Shown here piece after piece: positions 36,533 through 47,674 of a stretch of DNA of 64,000 nt. The notes under the pieces were generated by a model. It had not been told where the DNA came from and searched no databases. It worked only from the letters and a program-made list of their open reading frames with translations. Each line of letters opens with the position of its first letter. Position 1 is the stretch's first letter. A program made the position numbers and the translations under genes. Source of the DNA: Pocillopora damicornis (taxonomy: Eukaryota); contig NW_020847572.1 of NCBI RefSeq assembly GCF_003704095.1, positions 310,001 through 374,000 of the forward strand, given 5' to 3'.

Positions 36533-38677
36533 AACGGCTAGCCGTTTGGATAAAGGATAGAGGATAAATTCGCGTTGTTCAGGGGCATTAGTTCGAGGTC
36601 AAAGAGGAGATGGACGCCATATTTACTATTTCGGTGATGAAGTGTAATCGCAGACTACACCGCTCAAAACAATTCGGATTAAAACGTCAAGGTATAGAAA
36701 CTTACGGCAAAGGAGAGACGTAAAGCCAGAGTCGTTCCTTTATTGAAAGAAAAATTCGAATCAATCAGAATCTTGCCTGAAAATGAGAAGACCTCAAAAA
36801 GGCGATAAGTCATCTCACGTCAAAACAAGATGCCATCAAGCCGTCGTATAGTTAACTATCCTGCAAATGCAATCTTTTCTAAGAGAACTTTAACCAGGGA
36901 AGCAAAACACAGTGTCTGCGCATAAGTTAGCTATTTCCTCGGGCTTTGCGCATATACTTTTTGCGACCTAGTTATCAGTGGGCTCTTTCTTGTCGAGCCG
37001 TTAAGCGTACATTTTCAGCGGTTTCAAACTGAAAATGTCAATCTGACATGCGCGAACTAAATTTCCACTGGCGGGCGTTTTGAAACAGCCGCGCGGCTAC
37101 GGCTACGGCTTTTCTCAGGGCTGGATATCCTTGTAAAACACCGCAGTTTATCTAATAAACTTCCCTATGATAAGTCCTTATTTAAAATCAATCCATGAGT
37201 ATACTTACTAGTGAGGGGGGAACTGGGGGGAACTGGCATTCTCTGGTGTCTTTTTCTGTAGCTGTAAATTTCAAAATTAATTAAAAAAACAACAGTCGGA
37301 GGGAATTATGTATTAACACAAGCCAGAGAGGTGAAAACTCGGAGTTACAAAGATCCCTTAACTTTAAAATTACAAGCGGCCAGGTCGTTTCATTTATTTA
37401 GTTTTTTTGTTTCCCATGTTATCAGCCAATACGTGATCTGTACGTAACTGCTTGTAAGATAATGCTCCGTCTTCATTTATCAAGCTGTCAAACTGTGTTT
37501 TGCTAAATATTCTTAACAGGTCACATGAACTTAACTTTACTTTACCCGGGTTACCACAAATTATAAGTCATCATTAATTTTAACTAAATTCTATTGGCTA
37601 CTTTGAGTCACGTGGTTCAGAATAAGCGCAGAAACCCCTGTTAACGTTGACATTTGTCCCCCGATTATTTCCGTGGAAAATAAACAAAGCCAGCGTAAAA
37701 ACGCCAGCTCAAGAGTTTCACATTTTCATCTCTATTACTTAATATGGAAGGAAATCGAATTCGTTTTGTTGAGCTTCCGAAAGCCTAAAAAAGTCAACAA
37801 AATTAGCTGTCAAAACACGACACGGAAATTAATGGGAGTGACACGAGATGAATAAATTCCCGACTGGTTTGGCCGATCAAGAGACTGCCCTCAACATTTG
37901 CCTACGAAGCCTCGATTCTCGGCCAAATATTCATTTTTTAGGCGATATCTCAGACTTGAACATTATCAGCCGTCTTGTCAGTCGCCTGAAGGGGTTTATC
38001 AACTAAATAACATAGGTTTTCAATATCTCGAACATCAATTATTTACCTCAGCCTTCAGTTTCACCATAAAGGTGATATCCACGCCACTAACAAATTACGA
38101 TAATTTGCTCACTCTTGTGAACTTATTGTTGACCTGTAGTATGAAGATAATGGCATATTTCAGTACTTCTAAAGCGATTTTAAATTAATTTTCATTTGAT
38201 AAATGCAGACAGACGAATAAAAATAGAATTATTTAAGAACTCAGGGAAATCATTATTCACTATTTGTTCAGCTAAGTAATCATTATATTAAGTGCGCACG
38301 TATTTCAGAGCATGAAGAGGGAAATGAAATGTGAAATTGACATGAGTTTTTAATTTTTATGTTCTATTTCAGGGAAGGGGATATCTGTTCGAAAGGAATA
38401 TATCTTGGACAAGTCAGAAGGAATTATCTTCAATTCTGTTGCAATTGCAGAGAGCAGGTATTCTTCCATTGCGAGGTAATTTATTCGTATCTAGTCCTGA
38501 TCTAAATCGAATCCGGATTTCGTGACTGCGGCTTTAATTTGTGGTCGGTGGCTCTAATACTGAGGCAAAAAGAGATTCAAGTGGCTATATGTATATATAT
38601 ACATAGATTTAGATTTTTTGGTCATTAGAGACTTTTAAAGAAAAGTGGAGCTTATACTATCAGCTGTAAAAAAGCGG

Positions 38678-39586
38678 ATGGCGAACTCAACACCAGATGG
38701 GAACCACACAGCGAAAGGTCAAGCCTTGTTTTGCTCGACTCGTCATTATGGATTGCCGCAAAAGATTTTCATTTTGACGTTAAATGTTCCTATGTCTATA
38801 ACTACAATACTAGGGAACGTACTGATCATTGCTGCACTTCAGAGAGTACATTCTATCCATCCGCCGTCAAAAGTTCTCCTCCGATGGCTTATGGGTACTG
38901 ATCTTGTCATGGGTCTTCTTTCACAGCCTCTCTTTGTTAGCTTTTTAACGTCTCAGGAGCACTCAGTAACTTGTAATTATCTGAAGACCCTTTTTTATAC
39001 CACTGCTACATTACTTGGGTTAGGGTTGATTTTGACACTGACAGCAATAAGCGTGGACCGACTCTTTTCTCTTTTACTTGGTCTGAGATACCGGCAGCAG
39101 GTAACTAAGAAAAGAGTGCGGGTCACAATGAGTTTGCTTTGGCTTCTTAGCGCTGTGATTGCATCGACGTTCATTTATCAGCCATTCGTTACAACGAGCA
39201 GCGTTTACACAACTGGTTTCATGTGCGTGATCGCCTCCACGTTTTGTTACTTAAAGATTTTCTTGAGACTTCGCCAGCTTCAAACACAAGTAAACGTACA
39301 AGGGCAATTTGGTCAGGGAGAAATCTTCAATATTGCACGCTACAAAAAGACGGTGACGGGCGTAGTCTGGGTGCAGATAACACTAGTGATTTGTTATGTA
39401 CCACACGCGCTAGCCCAAGCTATATTTGCTTTCACTGGATCGAATACGCCATCTTTCAACTTCGTTTGGGATGTGACAATTTCTATGGCTTTCTTGACCT
39501 CAACTCTGAATCCTTTCTTATATTGCTGGAAGGTTCGCGAGGTAACACGTGCATTGAAGGACACAGTCAGACCATTGTTTTGCTGA
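38678..39586 (+). CDS. Class A orphan GPCR 4, 302 aa
   Basis: ATG at 38678 (MANSTPDG...). Motifs GN, GTDL, DRL, CYVP, NPFLY. Colinear with GPCR 3 without indels (offset 4990 bp). Confidence 0.95.
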   Translation: MANSTPDGNHTAKGQALFCSTRHYGLPQKIFILTLNVPMSITTILGNVLIIAALQRVHSIHPPSKVLLRWLMGTDLVMGLLSQPLFVSFLTSQEHSVTCNYLKTLFYTTATLLGLGLILTLTAISVDRLFSLLLGLRYRQQVTKKRVRVTMSLLWLLSAVIASTFIYQPFVTTSSVYTTGFMCVIASTFCYLKIFLRLRQLQTQVNVQGQFGQGEIFNIARYKKTVTGVVWVQITLVICYVPHALAQAIFAFTGSNTPSFNFVWDVTISMAFLTSTLNPFLYCWKVREVTRALKDTVRPLFC

Positions 39587-39827
39587 GTAAGGGAAAAAAA
39601 TGCGTAACACATTGGAATGAGCGGTCCGCCGTAAGAAAAGTATGCATTTGGAAAAACAAAGCTTCAGGGCGTGAGGCGCGCAAGCACAGCCCTAAACGTA
39701 AGAAATTATAGTACCCATCAAGTTTGGTTACTATGTAATAACAGAACAGGAAAATTTAAAAGTTTCATTTTATGACTTATACAATAACTTAAAGGGATAC
39801 TCTGCTGAGAACGACCTCGATATAAGT

Positions 39828-39906
39828 TATACATCATGTACGTCGATATACATCATATACGTCGATATACATCATGTACGTCGATATACATCATGTACGT
39901 CGATAT
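39828..39906. repeat. 19-bp minisatellite, 4 units
   Basis: Unit TATACATCATGTACGTCGA. Confidence 0.92.
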
Positions 39907-42900
39907 TGCAGAATTGAAAATATCACCGGTTGAAGGCTATCATCAAACGCTGAGGAAAATGACCAGTCTAAGAGATTTACAACCCGATCTGTCAGTTGTA
40001 TAGACATTTACACCCAAAAAAACCATCGCTATGGCTTCAGCAATAATGATAAGACAATAAGAACGTCAATCAATCTATTTGAAGCGAAGAAAATCGTCCG
40101 ATGCGGCTTGAGATTCAGAGACTCTCTGAAAATGATGGTCGTAAAAGACCACATGGAATTTGCTAATTGGTTCGGATATTGGGCCTTGGAGGCATAAGGT
40201 GACTAATTGACTCCACCACTAGGGCACTATGGGGATGACGAGAACGTAGGGAACGTAAATCTCTTTGTTGTGGTCTGGCGTTGTTTCCCGGAAATTCCAA
40301 AATTTTGGGCATCTGCAAAAATTTTTTTTCAAAACTTAAACTGCTCAATGTAGTCAGGCCTCAGTCCCCGACAAAGTGTTTTAAAGTACATCACAGCATA
40401 TCAATAAGGAGAATGTGCTATATAAATGGACCATTATCATCTTCGTATACTGTTTGCTTGTTAACTGCCGGTTTTTCTTTTCATTTTGTGTTATCTGACT
40501 TCAATATGATCATAAGCTAGATGTCAAGTAAGTGATTTTCCATTTAACTTTGGTTCTGCCGGTGGCAATGTGCCATTTGTCACTTCAAAATATTTTCCTT
40601 AGAGGCGACAAACACACTCTTTAAAATTGAGATTTTTGCATCAATTTGAATGACACTGGATTAACACTGACACTGAATGAACACTCACACTGAAATGATC
40701 ATGAATCTTAATTTTCGATATGACAAAGCCTCTTGAAAATTTTTGTCAGTAAGGTACATTGATGACGTAGGCACTGAACTAATGAATAGAGAGGTCAAAT
40801 CATGCAAACCAAAGACAAGACGTTAGGAAAAGCATCTGAAATTTGCTGAAATGTAACTGTTTTTATTCTCTTCACAAAAGAAACTTCCAAATCAAGACGC
40901 TTTTGGAAATAGTGTAGGTGAGAATTTTTTTTCAGAGAGTCATCCGATGTTATTGATCTGAAAGATATCACCTCTGATTGTTTTGATATCAGTAGTTTAA
41001 TGTCTTTTAATGGGAAAGTTTATGTTTGGGGTCCAGCTGATAAAACAAAACTAATTGCTAGTTGCTTAAAAAAAAATTAACCGACTCTCTGAAGAAACGA
41101 AGCACTCTAGCATAAAAAAGACTTAATGATAAATAAATAAATAACAGCCATTTTATTTCTAGTAATTCACAGCAGATTAAAAAACGAAATAAAAGGGGGT
41201 GAAGTATACTTTTAATTATGAGAAGGAAGAGTACCGCCATAGCATAAATCCAGTAAATACTATGAAAAGCTAATAAAAGGATTTCCCACGAGGCTTTTCT
41301 TAATGGGCTCAAAAGGGATATCCATTATTTAGTTTTTAACTCTAAGTCTTTGATGATTTGACGCATAAATAGCTTTTTGGGTGTTTCCAGATTGAAAATT
41401 ACTGAAAAATTAAAAGCTCTTTTTTTGTTCGACAAGTTACGGCCTAATTATTTTGTTGTTTCGCCTACAAATCATTTTTTTTTATCATAACGTTTATGCG
41501 ATCTCGAAATAATTCATAGAGTCATTTGACGTCAGTATCTTTTAACAGCTCCGGCTGCTAAAAAGGACACTGATCACCTGGTCAGCGTTTGTCGCTGAAG
41601 ATCGTCTTCTCAGTTTTGGTGCCGTATTAGCGCGAAGAGTGACTTACCTTCAGGAAAAGGAATGGGGATTGTAAAATTTATGTCCATCTGGCGAGCTGAG
41701 AAACTATTATTAAAAACATTATTCAAAATTCTCATTCCTCCCCGACATGGATTAATACCAGTTTCTTTTCCTGCAATTTGCTCCAGGCTACATCTCTTCC
41801 ATGAGATGAGTAGAAGGACTTTGTTGTTTTCGTCTGTCTTTAAAATAGTATGATGAAAATACTATGTATGCTGCAAATGTACTTCACACGTGCTGCACGT
41901 TATTGAATCGTAGTACACCATTTAAAAAACAAAATTCTAAGGCCACTAGAATCTTGAGATTGCCAAAGAGCACCATTTCAAACACCCTGCGGGAGCCCCT
42001 TTTGGCTTTGCAGCTGTATAACCTAATGTGATTTGGTTTGAAGGCAACAAACAAAAGTGTTATAATTTTTTAAATCACAGCCCATTCGTCTTTGAAGATT
42101 TGACACCGATTTCCTCGCTTCGCAGAAAATTAGACAGGTATCTTGGCATGGATAATGCTCTCACCAATATCAAGCGTTAAGATTTAAGCTTATACCGCTG
42201 TTGTATTTTTTGTTTAACTGTCATTTGCAATCATATCGATGACAAGTGAAGAAAAGACGTCAACGTCGATCTTAGAAAAAAAAGTGAGAAGAAGGGTAAG
42301 TGAAAATATGTTTTTTCTGATAGCTTTTATAATCTGGTGAAATCTAAAGACTCTTAAATATAGCGAGGGAAATGTTGATTGAGAAATCATTTGCGCAATG
42401 TCGTTCTGTCAACCGCTTAATAGCACAATATATGCCGCCATGAAGTAAAGGAAAAAATTGGATCAAAATCATTGATTTCCCTCGTTCTCAGCTGTAAAAA
42501 CAATGCGAGAGAGGTGGTTATGAGCCTTCCTGTTTGCCGATTGATAGAAGCTGGTTTTGTTGAATCCATAAAAACAGAGTGGAGAATTTCAAAGTGATTA
42601 TTTCGTTCAAGGAAAACAGCAAAATGAACAAAAATTTCATTTATCACGAAAATAACAAATAAAGCGAAAAATTGTAACAAACATTTCCTCCGTCATCTTG
42701 TTCATTTCTTTTCAATTGGTTTTAATTTCCGCTTCAACCACAGTTATTATATTTTTTTGGTGTTTATTCGAAGGAACAGAAACTTGAGTGATAACCGTTA
42801 ATATCTCTGAAGATGAAAAAGGTTCCCTTTCCACAATGATTTCCAGGCCTGCTTCTAGTTTTTAGTGTTAGTGAACACTCTTTTAGCGATATGAGTCTTT

Positions 42901-43048
42901 TTTAAACAGGAAAGCAATTCGTGCCCAATAAATTTGTCATTTGGATTCGCAGCACGCGCGAAAAAGAGTTTAATTAAGTTGGAAGGACAACACATTGGAT
43001 AAATATCTGTTCCAAAAGAATAGAAAATGCTGCTGAAAAATATTATCA

Positions 43049-43271
43049 NNNNNNNNNNNNNNNNNNNNNNNNNNNNNNNNNNNNNNNNNNNNNNNNNNNN
43101 NNNNNNNNNNNNNNNNNNNNNNNNNNNNNNNNNNNNNNNNNNNNNNNNNNNNNNNNNNNNNNNNNNNNNNNNNNNNNNNNNNNNNNNNNNNNNNNNNNNN
43201 NNNNNNNNNNNNNNNNNNNNNNNNNNNNNNNNNNNNNNNNNNNNNNNNNNNNNNNNNNNNNNNNNNNNNNN
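43049..43271. other. Assembly gap (223 N)
   Basis: Run of N. Confidence 1.
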
Positions 43272-43588
43272 TTTAACAATACTAAAATCGGGACGATTAC
43301 TTATATTAAGTAAGATTGCAAAAACTGAAAGTTTATTTCTTTTTTTTAATTTTTATTTTAAGAAGAGGTTGACTGAACAGTCATATAATCTTGAACTAAA
43401 AGAGGCAATTATTTAGCAAGTTTAATATTATAATAGGAAAATGAAACGAGGTAATCTACATTCATTCTCTCATGTTTTTAACTAAAAAAATATATGTTTT
43501 TGTTTCTAATGTAAATGTTGGTAGATTTTGGTGGGTTCTATCTTCAGTGGATACTATCCCATTTTCATTGATATAGTGCCTGGGGGTC

Positions 43589-44007
43589 AGGGACTTTAAG
43601 TTGTCAGGACGGCAACGCCGGGGGCGAGGAAGAAGTCGATTAAAAAATATAAGGACCCACAACGGCGACGGCAAAAGAAAGTGGAAAAACCAAAAGATCA
43701 TATGAGCGGGAAAAAAGCTCTTCAAGCGCGTTATAAGCTTTGTACATTTCTAAGTCATTCTCTGCAAAACAGCAACGTAAAATTACCAAAATTTGTGTGG
43801 TCTGAGAACGGAAATCTCGACAGCAAATAATTTTAGTTTCCCTTTGGAGCTTAAAGCTGCTCACGCACGTTATGTTGAAGTTAAGGTTTGGCTCCTGAAG
43901 AGACGGTAAACACATACAACCATTCGCGAAGTTCTAACTAAAAATATGAATTCACTTTTAAACGGCAACCTCGTCGGCGTTGCTTCCCCTGCTGCCCAAG
44001 GTCCCCT
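43589..44007. mobile_element. MITE-like element with imperfect terminal inverted repeats, about 420 bp
   Basis: The left end AGGGACTT...GGCAACGCCG is complementary to the right end CGGCGTTGC...AAGGTCCC. No coding capacity. Confidence 0.6.
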
Positions 44008-45488
44008 TTGAATTTATTTTTTTAGTTAGAATTCTGCCAATTAGTTGTCTAGTTGACACTTGGCTCCTTGACAGGGATGATTAAAAAGATGATAAATTAA
44101 AACTACGAAATGTATAACCTAAAATGAGAACAGGTGCTTCTGTTAATCGAACCAAGTGATGAATATTTACACATTATTTGCTTGTTATCGCACGAAGAAC
44201 TTGAAGGCACCAAAAGGCGCTAAGTATATGAATTCGTTTATTTGTCGCTTCATATGGCACGAAACTACCACAATCATTTCAAAACCGTTTGACGCGGCTC
44301 TGGATAAAGGAAACCTAACAAAAAAATTCCTTTTTTTTCTATATGGGTAATTTTAAATTCTGTTGCCTCAAGCAAAATACATATACGTCAGTACTTATTA
44401 GGAGGGAGAAATTGAAAATTAGAGACAAACCTGTTATTAAAATGCGTTAAAGTTTCTGGCAAGATATTGGTGAAGATCCAACATCACTTTGTGTGTGTGC
44501 GTTAGCGTTAAAACTGGAGGCAATTTTAATTCATCTTGCCCATAACATCCGACGTACAACTCATCGTGTTACCGTAAGGCAAATCGAATGAACAAGCAAA
44601 GAGACGCCATCCTGTCTGGTTTGATAACTCAAACACCATCTGTTGACACAAACTGAACGTTCATAAACTTTGTTTTTGAACGTGATGATACTATCCTTGC
44701 CAATACTGATTAAGAACCGGCTAGATTGATTCTTAAGTTTGAAGTTTTTCGAGCAACACATACCCGCCTAGTTTTACATCTTTTTTTTATTTCTTGCCAG
44801 TAATAACGTCGGAACGTGGCGTACACACGCCTGAGGTTTGTATTCAAGACTTGTTTCGTTTTTCATCATTATTCAGATTTTGATAGAACCCAAGTTTAAT
44901 ATAACCTTCACGGCAAGCGTCGAAAGGAAAGAACTGCACTTCTTACCGTTGATTAATGTCATTCAAGATCAGTGCTCGAGTTTAGGTCGTTTTTTTTTTT
45001 GTCGTTAACTTCCCGTCTTGAAACTAGCAATACCTTGATATCACCGAACGAACCATTAAGTTTGCTTTTAGTCCGGAAAAAGAATTCATTTGTAAAAGTT
45101 GATTCAGTGAAAGAAGAAAAACCAACAAAGTGACGAAAGTTAACAAGAATGGTTCTTCAGTTATCCGAAATAAGTGGCTAACCATTGAAATCACAGGATG
45201 GCATGTAGATATAAGATGTTATATCTTGTGAATCAGCTAATCATGCAAGTTGAAGATTTTCTGTGTTTTGCGAGAAAAAATTGCAGATCCACCAATAACT
45301 TAAATTAATGATGTATTTTTGCATGTTTTACTTGCCAGAAAAGACATTCAAACGACGTCGAAGAGATAACGCTCTTGGCTCCCTTTCAACTCATGAGAAA
45401 TGGAGAGAGAAGCTTAGAAACATGCCTGTTGAACCTCAACCTTTGTTATGACCAGCAAGAAATAGGTCTACACAGAATCAATATAACA

Positions 45489-46400
45489 ATGACGAACTCA
45501 ACCAAAGGCGGGAACTACGAATTTTATTGCCCACTCAGTCTTTACGGATTGCATCTCAGGATAATCATGTCAACGCTAAATATACCATTATCAGTCACCG
45601 CTGTAATGGGAAATATTTTGATCATTGCTGCCCTTCGAAAGATACCAACATCGTCCCTTCATCCACCATCGAAATTCCTCTTCAGCTGTCTCGCATGTAC
45701 CGATCTGGGCGTAAGGTTAATCACTCAGCCTCTATTCCTCAGCTTTTCATGGTCTACCGAACACTCCAAGCCTTGTTATTACCTTGTTATCTTACTGTAC
45801 ACAATAGGGGGGACATTTTGCGGCGTCTCATCTCTAACTGTGACTACTATAAGTGTGGACAGACTTCTCGCCATGTTATTAAGACTTCGATATCGACAAG
45901 TGGTTACGTTGAAACGAGTGCGGCTCGCCCTTCTTCTCTTTTGGCTTCTCAGCTCTGGTGTAGCGATGACAATGTTTCACGACTTGCGCCTCTGCACAAC
46001 ATTGATCAGCATCATACTATCTGTGTGTCTAATGATCTCGACTGTGTGTTATGTGATAATTTATCGGACTCTCCATCAACATCAGAATCAAGTGCAAGAC
46101 ATCGGTTATCATCGAGAGCTTAACAAATGGGACAATCCGTCAAATATAGCACGATACAAGAAAACAGTTTCCAGTGCTTTGTGGGTGCAGTTAGCACTCC
46201 TGGCTTGTTATCTCCCATATGGTACGGTGGCAGCTGTATTTGCCATGACTAGATGGCGAACGGCGAGTCTTGATCTCGCTTTAGATGCAACACTAACTCT
46301 ACTATTCTGCAACTCGGCAGTAAATCCGTTTTTGTACTGCTGGAAGAACAAGGAAATAAGAAACGCAGTGAAACAAAGAACCGGACAGTGCCTTTGTTAG
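45489..46400 (+). CDS. Class A orphan GPCR 5, 303 aa (alternative upstream ATG at 45393)
   Basis: The start MTNSTKGG aligns with paralog starts. Motifs GN, LACTD, DRL, CYLP, NPFLY. Most similar to GPCR 1. Confidence 0.93.
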   Translation: MTNSTKGGNYEFYCPLSLYGLHLRIIMSTLNIPLSVTAVMGNILIIAALRKIPTSSLHPPSKFLFSCLACTDLGVRLITQPLFLSFSWSTEHSKPCYYLVILLYTIGGTFCGVSSLTVTTISVDRLLAMLLRLRYRQVVTLKRVRLALLLFWLLSSGVAMTMFHDLRLCTTLISIILSVCLMISTVCYVIIYRTLHQHQNQVQDIGYHRELNKWDNPSNIARYKKTVSSALWVQLALLACYLPYGTVAAVFAMTRWRTASLDLALDATLTLLFCNSAVNPFLYCWKNKEIRNAVKQRTGQCLC

Positions 46401-47674
46401 CAAGTTTTCTGGTAAATTTTAACAAAGGTCAACTCGTTTTATTAACGGTCAACGGTCAACTCGTTTTAACAACGTCAGATGAGAGTGCAGGCGCCAGACC
46501 GAGGGGGACCGGGTAGGAATAAGTGCAACATCTCCAAAGTCCACAATCGTTTTTCCTTTTTCTTGATTAGCTTGAGAGTTCAAGGGTGTAAACTATGCTG
46601 GACAGCGATTCTATGGTTCAGCACTGGAGATATGGCTGGTCCACAAACTTCTTGCACATCACACTTTGCTTCGGTTACATGACCAGGTGTTTTAACCTTC
46701 ATACAATTCCATGGCAACATGGTAATAAAGAGCGAAAACGAACGAGTGGTTTTCAGTTTAAGTTGTACAAAACTCTGTAACGTATACTAAAATAGTGCAG
46801 GAAAATGATGTTGGTCATGTTCAACGGATTGCGCTTATAGTCTAGCTTTACTTCTATAGCGCAACCTTTAAGAGGAAATTTAATACTTGCGGAACATGAA
46901 AATAGCGCGGAGCGTCATTTAGCGTGGTCTTCAATTTCTGAGCTGTGAGAAAATTGACACTGCATGAAGTTCCCCATCCATGTTAAGACGTATCACGGAA
47001 GTAAACATGGCGCACAATTTTCACTTTCACCCGCTTCGCATGATGGGAAACTTGCCTTACTTCGCTCTACAATACAAATCCTTCCATCTCGACCAATCAG
47101 ACGCAAAACAGAAAACTAATTGCGACTTAGTCCCCCACGTTTTCACGCTTTTGATTTGGATATTCTGACTACAACTGTGATTTTGTTTAATTTTTCTGGT
47201 CCACGTCTTGAAACGTGCAGTCAAAATGAACTCTAGAATATTGCACATGGAAAATGGAGGGTCCTGTGCTCACGTCTGATATTTGCGTCTTCCTTACATT
47301 TTATTTCATTGCGTGCAAGGCGAACGAATTAGTCACGTGCTCTTCCTCTCGCGCATGTCTCAGCCTTCGCGAGCGTCTCGCAATTACCACTGACCGCCAA
47401 ACAATGCAAACAAATGGCGCGTGCATATGCCTTAAAGCGAAAGATGACTATAACCAAATGTTAAAAGCAACACCTGATTTATTAACCTTTCTTATTTAAT
47501 TTTTGGAGGTACAAATAGTTCACAGGCAGTGTGAACCTATGTGCTTATCTAATAAATAAAAATAAAGCACCTAAAAGATTTGATTCTTTGACGTTAAAAA
47601 TTTTGATATGATTCCTACTGCGCTTCCGAAAATTAGCTTACGCGCGATGTTCCTCTTTTTGAGCAAAAAGTGAG

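Noticed and set aside
43027-43416. ORFs spanning the N run
   Set aside because: Artefacts of the assembly gap.
45527-46123. 198-aa alternative-frame ORF inside GPCR 5 (also 39223-39711 and 58651-59214)
   Set aside because: Overlap real genes, have no motifs, and are not preserved across paralogs.
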